Positions 1 through 12,612 of a stretch of 64,000 nucleotides of DNA are shown one piece after another. Numbering within the stretch: position 1 is the first letter of the stretch; the number at the start of each line of letters is the position of its first letter. The notes under the pieces are model-generated. The model did not search any database. It saw only the letters and a program-made list of their open reading frames with translations, and was not told the origin of the DNA. A program made the translations under genes and the position numbers. Source of the DNA: Entomortierella parvispora E1425 (taxonomy: Eukaryota; Fungi; Mortierellomycota); NCBI GenBank assembly GCA_020891255.1, contig BQFW01000012.1:868001-932000 (forward strand), read 5' to 3'.

Positions 1-3000
1 CTTGGCTGCTACTCAGTTCACTCAGCCTGCCTTGACCTTGATGGAGAAGGCCGCTTTCGAGGACATGCGCTCCAAGGGATTGATCCAGGGTAACTGTGCT
101 TTCGCTGGTCACTCACTCGGAGAGTACTCTGCTCTTGCCTCCATTGGTGATGTTCTTCCTATCGAGTCCCTGGTCGATGTCGTCTTTTACCGTGGTATGA
201 CCATGCAGGTCGCCGTACCCCGTGATGCCGTCGGACGTTCCAACTATGGAATGGTTGCCATCAACCCCTCGCGTGTTTCTCCCACCTTCAACGACTCTGC
301 TCTTCGTTATGTCGTTGATGCTATTGCCAGACAGTCGAACGGACTCTTGGAGATTGTCAACGAGAACGTGGAGAACTGGCAGTATGTCGCTGCTGGTGAG
401 CTCTCGAACTTGGATGCTCTGTCCACTGTTTTGAACTACCTCAAGGTTCAGAAGATCGATCTTCAGAAGCTCATGGAGACCATGCCTCTCGAGGAAGTCA
501 AGAAGCATCTTTCGCAGATCATTGCAGGCGCTTTGGAGAAGGTTGCTGAGAAGTTGGCAAAGGATGGTATTATCAAGCCTGAGCGTGGTGTCGCTACCAT
601 TCCCTTGGCCGGTATTGATGTTCCTTTCCACTCCAGCTTCTTGCTCTCCGGTGTCGCTCCTTTCCGTACCTACTTGGCCAAGAAGATCAACCCCACGTTC
701 ATCAACGTGCCCCTTCTGACTGCCAAGTACATTCCTAACTTGACTGCTCAGCCTTTCAGCATTGAGAAGTCTTACATCGAGGGTGTCTACAACCTTACCT
801 CCTCCCCTCGCCTCGCCAAGGTTCTCAAGAACTGGGTTGACACCAAGCTTACTGCCAAGCAGCAGCAGCGTCTCGGCTACACTTTGTTGGTTGAGTTGCT
901 CGCCTACCAGTTCGCCTCTCCTGTGCGCTGGATCGAGACCCAAGACCGTTTGTTCAAGGAGTACAACGTTGTCCGCCTGATCGAAGTCGGACCTTCCCCT
1001 ACCCTTTGCGGTATGGCTCAACGCACCTTGAAGTTCAAGTATGAGGCTTATGACGATGCCTTGACCTTCCAGCGCTCTACTCTTTGCACCTCCAAGGATG
1101 CCAAGGAGATCTACTACGCCATGGATAACGTTGAGTCGTCAGCACCTGCCCCTGCTGCCACCCCCGCCGCTCCTGTTGCCCGCGCCGCCCCTGTTGCTGT
1201 GGCTGCTCCTGCTCCAGTTGCTGCTGCCGCTGGCCCCGCTGCAGCTGTGGCTGACGCTCCCATCAAGGCCGTTGAGATTTTGCACGTCCTTGTTGCACAG
1301 AAGGTCAAGAAGACTTTGGAAGAGGTTCCTCTCTCCAAGGCCATCAAGGATCTTGTCGGAGGCAAGTCTACTCTTCAGAACGAGATTCTCGGTGATCTTC
1401 AGAAGGAGTTCGGAGGCAGTGGATTCCCCGAGAAGGGTGAGGAAGCCCCCTTGGAGGAGCTCGCCAATGCTCTTCAGGGCAACTTCAACGGCGCTCTTGG
1501 TAAGCAGACCACTTCCTTGATCTCAAAGATGATCGGATCCAAGATGCCTGGTGGTTTCTCCCTTTCGACTGCCAAGTCTTACTTGGCCAAGACTCACGGA
1601 CTTGGACCTGTTCGTGCTGATGCTGCGCTCTTGGTCGGATTGACTATGGAGCCCGCTGCTCGTCTTGGTGCTGTTCCGGAGGCCAACGCTTGGTTGGACT
1701 CTGTGGCTCAGGCCTATGCCCGCCGTGCAGGAATCTCTTTGTCCGCTGGAGCTCCTGCCGGCGCCGCTCCCGTCATGATGGCTGCTGCTGCCCCTGCCGG
1801 CGCTGCCGGACCTGCCGCTGTCGCTGATGCCCCTATCAAGGCCATTGACATCCTTCACGTCATTGTTGCTCAGAAGATCAAGAAGACCGTTGATGAGGTT
1901 CCTCTCTCCAAGGCCATCAAAGATCTTGTCGGAGGCAAGTCTACTCTTCAGAACGAGATTCTCGGTGACCTTCAGAAGGAATTTGGAGGCAGTGGATTCC
2001 CCGAGAAGGGTGAGGAAGCCCCCTTGGAGGATCTCGGAAATGCCCTCCAGGGTAACTTCAACGGAGCTCTTGGCAAGCAGACCACTTCCTTGATCTCAAA
2101 GATGATCGGATCCAAGATGCCCGGTGGTTTCACTCAGTCGTCCGCAAAGGGATACCTTGCCGCCTCCTATGGCTTGGGTCCTCTTCGCGCTGATGGAGCC
2201 CTCCTTTTGGGTCTTACCATGGAGCCCGCTGCCCGTCTCGGTTCTGAACCCGAGGCCAAGGCGTGGTTGGACACCGTTGCACAGGCCTATGCCCGTCGTG
2301 CCGGAATCTCTCTCGGTGGTGGCGGCGGTGGAGCTGTTGCTGGTGGAGCTGTTGGTGGCGCAACCATGAACAGCGAGGAATTCAACCAGTTCCAGGCCAA
2401 GCAGAACGCCATGATGTACCAGCATCTTGAGATCTATGCTCGTTACCTCGAGAAAGACCTCCGCGCTGGTGAGAAGCAGTACGAGGAGGAGAAGATCGCT
2501 ACTCTTCGTCTCCAGGCTGATATTGACCAGTGGTTGGCTGAGCATGGTGACTACTATGCCGAGGGCATCAAGCCATCTTTCAGTGCCAAGAAGGCTCGCA
2601 AGTACGACTCGCACTGGAACTGGGTCCGCCAGGATGCTTTGTCTCTGCTCTATGACATGATCTTCGGTCGTCTTACTGTGGTTGACCGGGAAGTTGTCGC
2701 TCAGTGCATCCATGTCATGAACCGTGCCAACCCCCAGTTGTTGGAGTTCATGATTTACCATATCGACAACACTGCTGCTGACCGTGGCAAGACCTACGCT
2801 CTTGCTAAGGAGTTGGGTAACATGTTGATCGAGAACTGTCGCGAAGTTTTAGAGGCTGCTCCTGTTTACAAGGATGGTATGTTTTTACAACGTGTTTCTC
2901 CTGTGCATCGACAACCATTGAATCAAACGTGCTAATCAATACCCTTTTTTTTAAATTGTGAAATTTAGTCGGTGTCCCCACCGGTCCTTCGACTTCGATC

Positions 3001-6000
3001 GACAACAAGGGTAACATCTTGTACGAGGAGGTCCAGCGTGCTGGCGTCCGCAAGCTGGATCACTATGTCAAGGATATGGCTGCCGGAGGAAAGATGTCCG
3101 AGTTCAGCAACCGTCAGAAGGTCCAGAAGAACTTGGCTCAGATTTACAAGATCATCAAGGCCCAGAACACGATGAAGTCTTCCTCCAAGTTGGCCATCAA
3201 GTCTTTGTATGGTGAGGTCATCCACGCCATGAACATGTCCAACACCATTGTTCGTGAGGAGAAGACTCGTCGTGCCAGCCGTGTCCGTCGTCCCTCCGCT
3301 ATTCCCAGCGCAGACCGCCCCAAGAAGGAGGCCAAGAAGGAGACCATTCCCTTCTTGCACCTCAAGAAGAAGAACCTCCAGTCCGAGAGCGGATGGGAGT
3401 TCAGTCAGCGTTTGACTAGCGTCTACTTGGATGTTTTGGCTAACATGGCTAAGGATGGTGTCACTTACGAGAACCGCATGGTCCTCATGACCGGTGCTGG
3501 TAAGGGCTCCATTGGTTCTGCCATCTTGAAGGGTCTCTTGTCCGGAGGTGCCAAGGTCGTTGTCACCACCTCGCGCTTCAGCCGTGATGTGACTGAGTAC
3601 TACCAATCGATTTACCAGCGTCACGGATCCAAGAACTCGTCCTTGGTTGTTGTTCCCTTCAACGGAGGATCCAAGCAGGATGTTGATGCTCTTGTCAACT
3701 ACATCTACGACAAGGATCCTAAGAAGGGTCTTGGCTGGGATCTCGACTACATCATTCCTTTCGCTGCCATTTCTGTCCAGGGCAAGGAAATCGATGACAT
3801 TGACTCGCAGTCTGAGTTGGCCCACCGTATCATGTTGACCAACGTCCTTCGTCTCCTTGGAAATGTCAAGACCAAGAAGATGGAGCACGGCTACGACACT
3901 CGCCCTGCTCAGGTTATCCTGCCTCTTTCTCCTAACCACGGTACCTTCGGTGCTGACGGTCTCTATGGTGAGTCCAAGGTTGCTCTCGAGACCTTGTTCA
4001 ACCGTTGGACTTCTGAGTCTTGGTCGGCCTACTTGACCATTACCGGAGCCGTCATTGGCTGGACTCGTGGTACTGGCTTGATGAGCGGCAACAACATTGT
4101 CGCCGATGGTCTTGAGAAGTATGGTGTCCGAACCTTCTCTACCCAGGAGATGGCTTTCAACATCTTGGGTCTCATGCATCCCTCGATCACCAACCTCTGC
4201 CAGGTTGAGCCCGTCTGGGCCGATTTGAACGGTGGACTCCAGTACTTGCCCAACTTGAACGAGATCTCTGCCAACTTGCGTGCCGAGCACCGCCAGACTT
4301 CGGAGATCCGCAAGGCTATTGTTGCTGAGAACACCTTGGACTTCAAGGAGACCCACGGTGCCGAGGCTGAGCGCAAGCATCAGCCCCACAAGGTCACTCC
4401 TCGTGCCAACATGAAATTCCCCTTCCCAGAGCTCAAGGACTACAAGGATCTCTCGCATGCCCACAAGCTTCGTGGTATGCTCGATCTCGAGAAGGTTGTC
4501 GTCGTCACCGGATTCAGTGAAGTCGGTCCCTGGGGTAACTCCCGTACTCGCTGGGAGATGGAGGCCAATGGTCAGTTCTCGCTCGAGGGATGCATTGAAA
4601 TGGCCTGGATCATGGGCTTCATCAAGCATCATAACGGTAACTTGAAGTCTGGAGCCCCTTACTCTGGCTGGGTTGACGCCAAGACCGAGGAGCCTGTCAA
4701 AGACAAGGATGTCAAGTCCAAGTATGAGAAGCAGATCCTGGAGCACACTGGTATCCGTCTGATCGAGCCCGAGCTCTTCGGTGGCTATGATCCCAAGCGT
4801 AAGGGTCTCTTGCAGGAGGTCTTGATCGATCACGACTTGGAGCCTTTCGAGGTTTCCAAGGAGGAGGCTCAGATGTTCAAGCTTGAGCATGGCGACAAGG
4901 TCGATATTTACGAGCAGGAGTCTGGTCAGTGGGCCGTCAAGTTCAAGAAGGGTGCCAACATGTACATCCCCAAGGCGCTCAAGTTTGACCGTCTCGTCGC
5001 TGGTCAGATCCCTACAGGATGGGATGCTGCCCGCTATGGTGTTCCCAAGGATATTATTGACCAGGTCGATACCATCACCCTCTACGTCTTGATCTCGACT
5101 GTTGAGGCCTTGGTTGCCTCTGGTATTACCGATCCTTATGAGTTCTACCAGTATGTGCACGTTTCCGAGGTCGGTAACACTGCCGGATCGGGTGTTGGTG
5201 GTATGCTCTCCCTCCGCGGTATGTACCGCGGTCGTGTGATGGATGAGCCTGTCCAGAAGGATATCTTGCAGGAGTCCTTCATCAACACCATGCCTGCCTG
5301 GATCAACATGTTGCTCCTCTCTTCTTCGGGTCCTATCAAGACCCCAGTCGGAGCCTGTGCTACTGCCGTCGAGTCTGTCGAGATTGGTGTTGACACTATC
5401 CAGAGTGGAAAGGCCAAGATTGTCATTGTCGGAGGTTACGATGACTTCCAGGAGGAAGGATCGTACGAGTTCGCCAACATGAAGGCCACCAGCAACACCG
5501 AGGAAGAGTTTGCCCATGGACGCACCCCCAAGGAGATGTCTCGTCCTGCTACCTCGACCCGCTCTGGTTTTATGGAGTCCCATGGTGCTGGTATCGAGAT
5601 TTTGATGCAGGCCAAGCTTGCCATCGAAATGGGAGTCCCCATCTATGGTATTGTTGGATTGACCAACACTGCTACTGATAAGGAGGGTCGATCTGTCCCT
5701 GCTCCTGGTCAGGGTGTCTTGACCACTGCCCGTGAGGTCAAGAGCAAGATGCCTTCGCGCTTGCTGGATATCAAGTACCGCAAGCGCCAGATTGATCAGC
5801 GCCGTGCCCAGATCAAGCAGTGGGTTGAGAACGAGTACCAGGAGATCCGTCACGAGCTCGAGGAGCTCAAGGCTAACGGAGAGTTGACTGTTTCTGAGGA
5901 CGAGTATCTCTCATCTGAGACTGAGCGTATTCAGAAGGAGGCCAAGCGTCAGCATCGTGAGGCCCTCAACCTTTGGGGTAATGAGTTCTACAAGCAGGAT

Positions 6001-7143
6001 CCTCAGATCTCGCCTCTCCGTGGAGCTCTCGCCTCTTTCGGTTTGACCATCGATGATATCGGTGTCGGATCTTTCCACGGTACCTCTACCAAGGCCAACG
6101 ATAAGAACGAGTCCGAGGTCGTCAACAAGCAGTTGGCTCATTTGGGACGCAGCAAGGGTAACGCTTTGCCCTCGGTCTGGCAGAAGTACCTTACTGGTCA
6201 CCCCAAGGGTGCTGCTGCTGCCTGGATGATGAACGGTGTTTTGCAGGTCCTCCAAACTGGATTGATCCCAGGAAACCGCAACGCTGACAACATTGACGAG
6301 GTCATGCGCCAGTATGAGCACGTCCTTTACACTTCTCGCTCGATCCAGACTGACGGTGTTAAGGCTGGTTTGCTCAAGTCTTTCGGTTTCGGTCAGGTCG
6401 GAGGTGAGGTTCTTTTGATCCATGCCGACTACATTCTCGGTGCTCTTGAGGAGCACGAATACGAGGCCTACAAGGGTAAGCAGCAAGCTCGTCAGGCCAA
6501 GTCCTACAGATACTTGCACGATTCCATGACTGGTGGTCCCGCCCTGGTCCAGGTCAAGAACGCTCCTCCATACACTCCTGAGCTCGAGTCGCCTGTGTAC
6601 TTGAACCCCAGTGCCCGTGCTCAGTACAACAACGCCACCAAGTCCTGGGCCTTCAATGCCAAGTCTTTGGTTCCCGAGTCTGCCAAGATTGATGTCGATA
6701 TGACCAAGGCCATTTTGGAGACATCTGCTTCCGAGTCATTAACCGGTGGCGCCTCCTCTCGCGGTGTTGGTGTTGATGTTGAGATGGTCTCTGCGATCAA
6801 CATCGAGAACGACACTTTCCTGGAGCGCAACTTTACCCAGCAGGAGATTGACTACTGCTTGAGCCGTCCTGATCCTCAGGCCAGCTTTGCTGGTCGTTGG
6901 TCGGCCAAGGAGGCTGTCGTCAAGGCCGTGTCCTCGTACTCTTTGGACTCTGAGAAGGTCTGGACCCAGGGTGCTGGTGCTGGCCTCAAGGAGATTGAGA
7001 TCGTGATGGCAGAGAGCGGAGCGCCCTCGGTCGTGTTCTCGGGTGAGGCCCAGGAGGCGGCTCGCAAGGCTGGTGTCAACGAGATCAAGGTCTCGATCAG
7101 CCATAGCGGCGCTTACGCGGTTGCTGTTGCAAATGCGTTGTAA
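1..7143 (+). CDS. FAS: Fungal type I fatty acid synthase, 3' part (MPT-ACP-ACP-KR-KS-PPT), 5' truncated by window edge; exons <1-2876 and 2969-7143
   Basis: MPT motif AGHSLGEY, two ACP motifs [40 protein letters not shown] and GHPKGAA, C-terminal PPT GVGVDVE...RWSAKEA. GT(2877)..AG(2968) intron joins YKD-V-GVPTGP in frame, matching the yeast Fas2 segment. Confidence 0.97.
1258..2313 (+). repeat. Tandem duplication of the ACP domain inside FAS (about 573-nt period)
   Basis: ACP1 about 1258-1740 and ACP2 about 1831-2313. Pantetheine Ser codons at 1367 and 1940. Core DNA is nearly identical between copies, which are separated by an Ala/Pro linker. Confidence 0.95.
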
Positions 7144-7547
7144 AAATTCGGTGCCATTTTTTGTCTGTTTCTTTTCGCTTTTTTAATATCTTCAGTATTT
7201 TTATACCTGTCCTCTACTACTTTTTCTCTCCCTTGGATTCTTGTAACATCATCAAAATCATCTAAATGTCAAAGAGACCAGGGGTGGTCGAGTTTTGAAC
7301 AAGAGAGGTTGAACGCAACGCTTCCTCTTTTACTTCCTTCTATTTCCTCCTCTTTGCTCTCTTTTCTTTATCTCCAAAGCTCCTTCCCCCGCTCTTTTTT
7401 GTTCCGCAACAAACAAATTTTAGAATGGGACATGGGCCACTCATCATTCATCAATCGTTCTGTTTCCGAGAGAAATAAAATATTATTTCAAAAATATCTA
7501 TTGCTACAACTGTTGTATGGATTTTGTATATGTACAAGGGCGGATCA

Positions 7548-10500
7548 TCACCAAAGGCCATCATCCTCTTCATCGTCTTCAAAATCGTCGTCCTCTGGAT
7601 CGCCCCAGAGACTCTTTAGATTTGGAGCTTTGGAAATGCCAAGAGAGGGTCTGCTGGTATTGCTGTTGCCATGATTCAACTCTCCTAGATCCTCCAAAGG
7701 TTTTGAGCTTTGTTGAACTGCCGAGCCTGATTTGTTGAGGTGCAAATCTCGTGCGCTCATAAAGGATGAGAAATGGCCGTTATTAGAACGAGAAATTGCA
7801 TGGCTCTTGCTATTGAAGGCGGGGGTCTTGGACGGTAGTCGATGCCGCTGCTCCCTGGCCCGCTCATCTTGGCGAAGCAAAAGTGGGGTCACTTCTTCCT
7901 GTGAGCTTTCAATGAACATGATATCGTGCAATGCTATGTCATCGTCGTCTTCCTTTTGCCCAAGGGTATCATCTGTAGTGTTTTTGAAGTTCTGGCGTTC
8001 GGCTTTCGAGTCTGCGTCTGCAGACTTTTCACCAAGGAGTTTCGAATGATTATCATCATCACTTTCCAGTATCTCAATTGAAGGTCGATCAGGGAAGCGA
8101 GCCTCTGTTTTACGATACCAAGACCCAGGTTCAGGCGCAGGGGGCAACATCATCAGTTGGACTGTCCCACTTTGCAAGAGCGCAAAGGGATCATGCCACA
8201 CATCGTCGTCTTCTTCGCTCAGTGCACGTTTGCGTTTTTGTTGGATCGAATGCCCTAGCCTTTTGGTCTTTTCAGAGACTGAGGAAACATCCTGGCCCAG
8301 TCCTTTTCCCGGAGAGTGAACCCCAGTAGGTGACCCAGTGCAGAACCACTGTGGCGGTGTTGAAGGCTCGCTGAAATCGAATCCCCTGTCCTCCCTGTTC
8401 GGCACCTGATCATCCTTTAATAGATCGGAAGCCGGCAGCATCCAGTCTTGATCCGGCTCATGCTGGGCATCAGGGAATGCAAAGTCAAAGTCGTGCTCAT
8501 CCATGGCAGTCTGATCCATGGCCACATCATCACCACGAATATCGTCATCAAGACGTTCGGAAGTTCGATGGACATTATTGAAATAAGACTGAATCTTTTC
8601 ACGGCTGGAGGCATCAGATCGGCGAATGGGCATCGAATCCGAGCCTGGAGATGGCGATCTTGGGTGCGATAGCTGTGGGTGGGGATCTTTCACAAAAGCC
8701 CCAGAATTTGATTTCGCTATTCCAGATACTGATTTTGATCCAGTAGCTGCGGCCTGTTTCCGCCGAGACCGCGCCTGTGGTTGTGGGCGTTTATACAGCG
8801 GACGCCCTATACTGTCATCGTCATCTTCACTGTTGCTGTTGGTCGCGGTGCCAGTATTAGATTCATCCCGATCCTCTGAGAATAGCCGGGGGCGACGGGG
8901 CAGTTTTTTCTTTCCAAGGCCATGTCCTTGGTGAAGAGACTCAAGCTCATCATCGTCCAGGGCATCCAAACGACCGTAGAGTCCAGATGTTTTTGTCTTG
9001 ATGCTCCCAGCAGCTATATCCTTTGCTGATTTCGCCGCAGATGTAGTCAAAATCCTTGGCTTTACTCCTGGCTCCTCCAACTCTGGCAATTCTGGAGCAG
9101 ACTCGTACACGGCAAGCATCCTTCGCGAGTACGGATCTTTAAGCATTGATATCCAGAATTCACTTTTGGGCTTGCTCACTCTTCCATCACCATCATCCTC
9201 ATCAACGGAAGTACTATCCATGACTCCTACAAGGGACTGGTCCACACGAGCCTTCGAAATTCTGCCTATGGCCTTGATGAGATCCAAGGTTCTAGTAGAA
9301 TGTCCAACTCGAAAGCTTGTCGTGGCTGCATTCATGGTAGACTGCTTCCGTCCCTCAAACATAGCCTTGCATGCATTTTGGAAAGTGATCTGGACACGAG
9401 CTTGATCTCGCTTTGGAATCAAATAACGTCGTTGGAATCGCGCCAGCTCTTCCGGGTCCAAGAATGCACCACGAGTAATGCTTGCCGATAATGAGGGCCC
9501 TGTACCTTCCCCGACCTTGCGTCGCTTTCGGCCTGCTGTGGGCGTAACATAATCGGGGATATCAATGTGAACATGATCGCAAGCCGGTACGTGTTTCGGA
9601 GGGAGGATCCGTGGCGCATCCATGTAATAGCTGAGACTGCCTTTGGTACTGATAGCTCGTTGAACAGCTTTGTACTGGGTTTGAGACCGTCGATAACGTT
9701 GTTCCTCTGGACCTTCAGCAAGTAGGAGACAGATTTTTCCTTTGCGCTTTCTGCCTGTGCGGCCCATTCTTTGTAGCTGTAGAACAATATACATCAAGAG
9801 TTCAGTAAGACCATAAACTAGGCGATTAAAGACAGCAAACGAGTGATGATGCATTGTGCCGAAGTTGACGTTTCTTACCATCCGGATGGGTGATGAATGA
9901 CTGTCATAACAAACGATGAGGTCCACATCCCCAATGTCAAGACCCTCCTCGCCAATTGAGGTTGCTACAAGGACATTATGCTGGCCTTTTTGAAAGTCAG
10001 CTACCACCTATAATGTGGCAATATTGGAAAGGAACATGATTAGGATAGCCCTATTAACAAAGCAACAAGTGGCGAGCCCCAGGCACTCTTTACATACCTT
10101 CTGTTGTTCCTTCTGAGAGATTCCTTTCTTTCCTTTGGCGGACGCTTGCCCAATAAAGCTCTGGACCTTGATCAGCGGTCGATGACTTTCCAGAACGCGA
10201 GAAATCTCCTCAACGGACTCGCGATAGTTTGCAAAAATCATGACACGGGTCTGTTGCTGTGCTGGCTCATCCTCCCCGAGACCACCGTCTCCATCCTCCG
10301 CTCTGGCGATTGCTCTTGCTTGCATTAACGCATCTTGTTCATCCTGGTGGTCAACAAAGTGCTGGACAACAACACCGACAAGTCGTTCCAACTTTGGATG
10401 GCTGATAAAGCTGGATTGCTTGATCTTTCGGCGAATGTCCTCCATCATTGCGACAAATTCAGGTATCGATCTCATGGCTTGGCGTGCCATAGACTGCTTT

Positions 10501-12452
10501 TCATTATCCTTTGCTCCAATATTGTCCTGCTCCTCTGTCCCCTCGTCGTCTTCATCCATATAATCCTGTCGACCAGAAGCTGAACCAAAGCCTCCTCTTC
10601 CTCCTCTTCCTCTCCCGCCACCTCGACCTCTGTCTCGACCACCTCCACCACGGATACTAGGCTCCTTATCAGGGAGGTTGCTGCTTGCAAACGGGTCCAT
10701 ATTGGCGAAAAATGGTCTAATTCCATGTACTGTCAGGAGGTCGTACGCATGAATGAGTCCGATGCAGACCCCGATCTGCTTCATTATAAATGACTTGTTG
10801 GAGGAATGACCTGGATGTTCTCTGAGGAAGGCATCCTTGCCTTGGATAAGTGAAAAGGACGTCAGCTGTTGCGGATCCGTGGTCCTGATCACGTTTTGTT
10901 TTGCCAATCGATCCAGAAAGGGTCGCATCCATCGCACAAATTTGTCCCTGATCTCAGATACCTCTCGACCACAAGGGATCACAAGTTCCTGAATGACACG
11001 TTTGAATACATATCGCTGTAAATCCATTGAGTCCTCTGTTCGTATCTCAATCCCAGATATCTTGAGATTCGTGATGACTTTCTGGACTGCCCGGATGTCA
11101 CTTCCAGGAGTCGCCGTCAATGCCAGGACTCGAACATCTCGGTTGATCCCGTCCATAATCCGGATTACTTCCGCATACGAGTACTTTCCTGTTCCTCGAT
11201 GAGCCTCATCAATCACTAGACAAACAATGGACTCCCCTGGGCAAATACCAGAGTTCAGGTCATTGTGGAGAACCTGGGGGGTACAAAAGATAACTCGCTT
11301 TTCCTGCCACATGGTCCTCCTTAGTTCTGCGTTCTGCTGTCCAGTCATTTCTACGGTCACGTCTTGAGGAATACCACAGACTCGGTAACAGGCCTCGATC
11401 TGCTGGTTTACCAGCGGTCGTGTTGGAGCCATGAAGACAATTTTGGATTCCGGGAACCAACGAAAGTAATTCAACATGACTACTGCCGCAATAAAGGTCT
11501 TGCCCAAGCCAGTAGGGAGTGAAACCAGGATATTGCCGAAGAGAGCTTTTCGAATAATGTTGAACTGGTAGTCGCGCATTGGGTAGTTGATAGGGTATTG
11601 CCAAGTCAATATTGCTACTTTGTCCATTTTATGGTGAGTGAGAGATTCGTCTGGTCGATGAACTTGTGGGGGTGTTTGATCGATCGCGGACATAAAGTCG
11701 TTCATGGGGTCCGAGCGAGGGCGCATGGGTTGTTGTTGTAGTTGCTGTTGCTGTTGCTGGTAAGGATTATAAAATTGCTGCTGTACCGTGCTGGCTCCTG
11801 TAAATGGGTTCGACTGCCCGCCTCCAGTTCCCGATCCAGTTCTCTGAAGCGAATTGCCCCCATTGCTTTGGTTTTTGTTCCTTCCATTGTTTTTTTGCGA
11901 TGGGATGGCGGGTGCAGCCGAATTGGCGCCTTTTGAAAAGATGGAAAAGTATTGTTGAGGCTGTTGAGGCTGCTGCGGAGGTTGTTGCTGCTGTGGCGGC
12001 AGCTTTGGTGGCGATAGTCGATGCTGCAGTTGCGGTCGGACGGTGGCTGTGCTGGCTCCAAAGTAAGACGGCCACGCCGAGATTGTATGGGAAGCCGGCC
12101 CAGCTACACGATCGTCATTATCATCATCATCCAGCAGTAAATCTACGTCGTCGAGACATCCAAGGTCCTCGAACTCGTCTAGGTCATTCGACGAAGAATC
12201 GACATTGCCCCTTGTCCCATTCCCTGACCCGCTACCCACGGCATAGGTTGGTCGAGTTGACCATGCAGCGGAGGTCACGGGCTTTTGTGGCGGTATAGAG
12301 CGAGGCTCAGTCCTGGGTTGTGGTGGAGCTGTGGAGACAGCCAATGTCGCGCTTGAATCATGCTGGGTCAAGAGGGATTGCACATCGAGCTCGCCCAGGT
12401 CGAGGTTGTCGAGATCCCCAAAGTATTCGTCGTCCTCGGACGGACGCGACAT
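7548..12452 (-). CDS. MPH1: FANCM/Mph1 DEAH-box DNA helicase; exons 12452-10098, 10007-9879, 9776-7548
   Basis: Motifs MRDYQ, LPTGLGKT, DEAH, ALTATPG, VATSIGEEGLDIG and QRMGRTGR. Both introns have canonical GT-AG ends and restore IRM-LQRMGRTGR. Long disordered N- and C-termini. Confidence 0.95.
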
Positions 12453-12612
12453 GGTGGTTGGGGCACAGATCCAGTTCGGTCAAAGTGAAGAGTTCCAACG
12501 GAATGCCAGAGGTATGCAGGAATGAAAGGACCGTGTTGTGTGCATTCAAGGGCAGGGCATGCACAACAGCGAGTCGACCTTGTGCGCCACCAAAATGAAA
12601 TAGACACGTGAT

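Noticed and set aside
2965-5853. 962-aa ORF antisense to FAS
   Set aside because: Shadow frame of a strongly codon-biased gene. No domain and it lies wholly within the FAS exon.
7309-8329. Several plus-strand ORFs between FAS and FANCM
   Set aside because: 3' UTR sequence or antisense to the FANCM last exon, non-coding-like composition.
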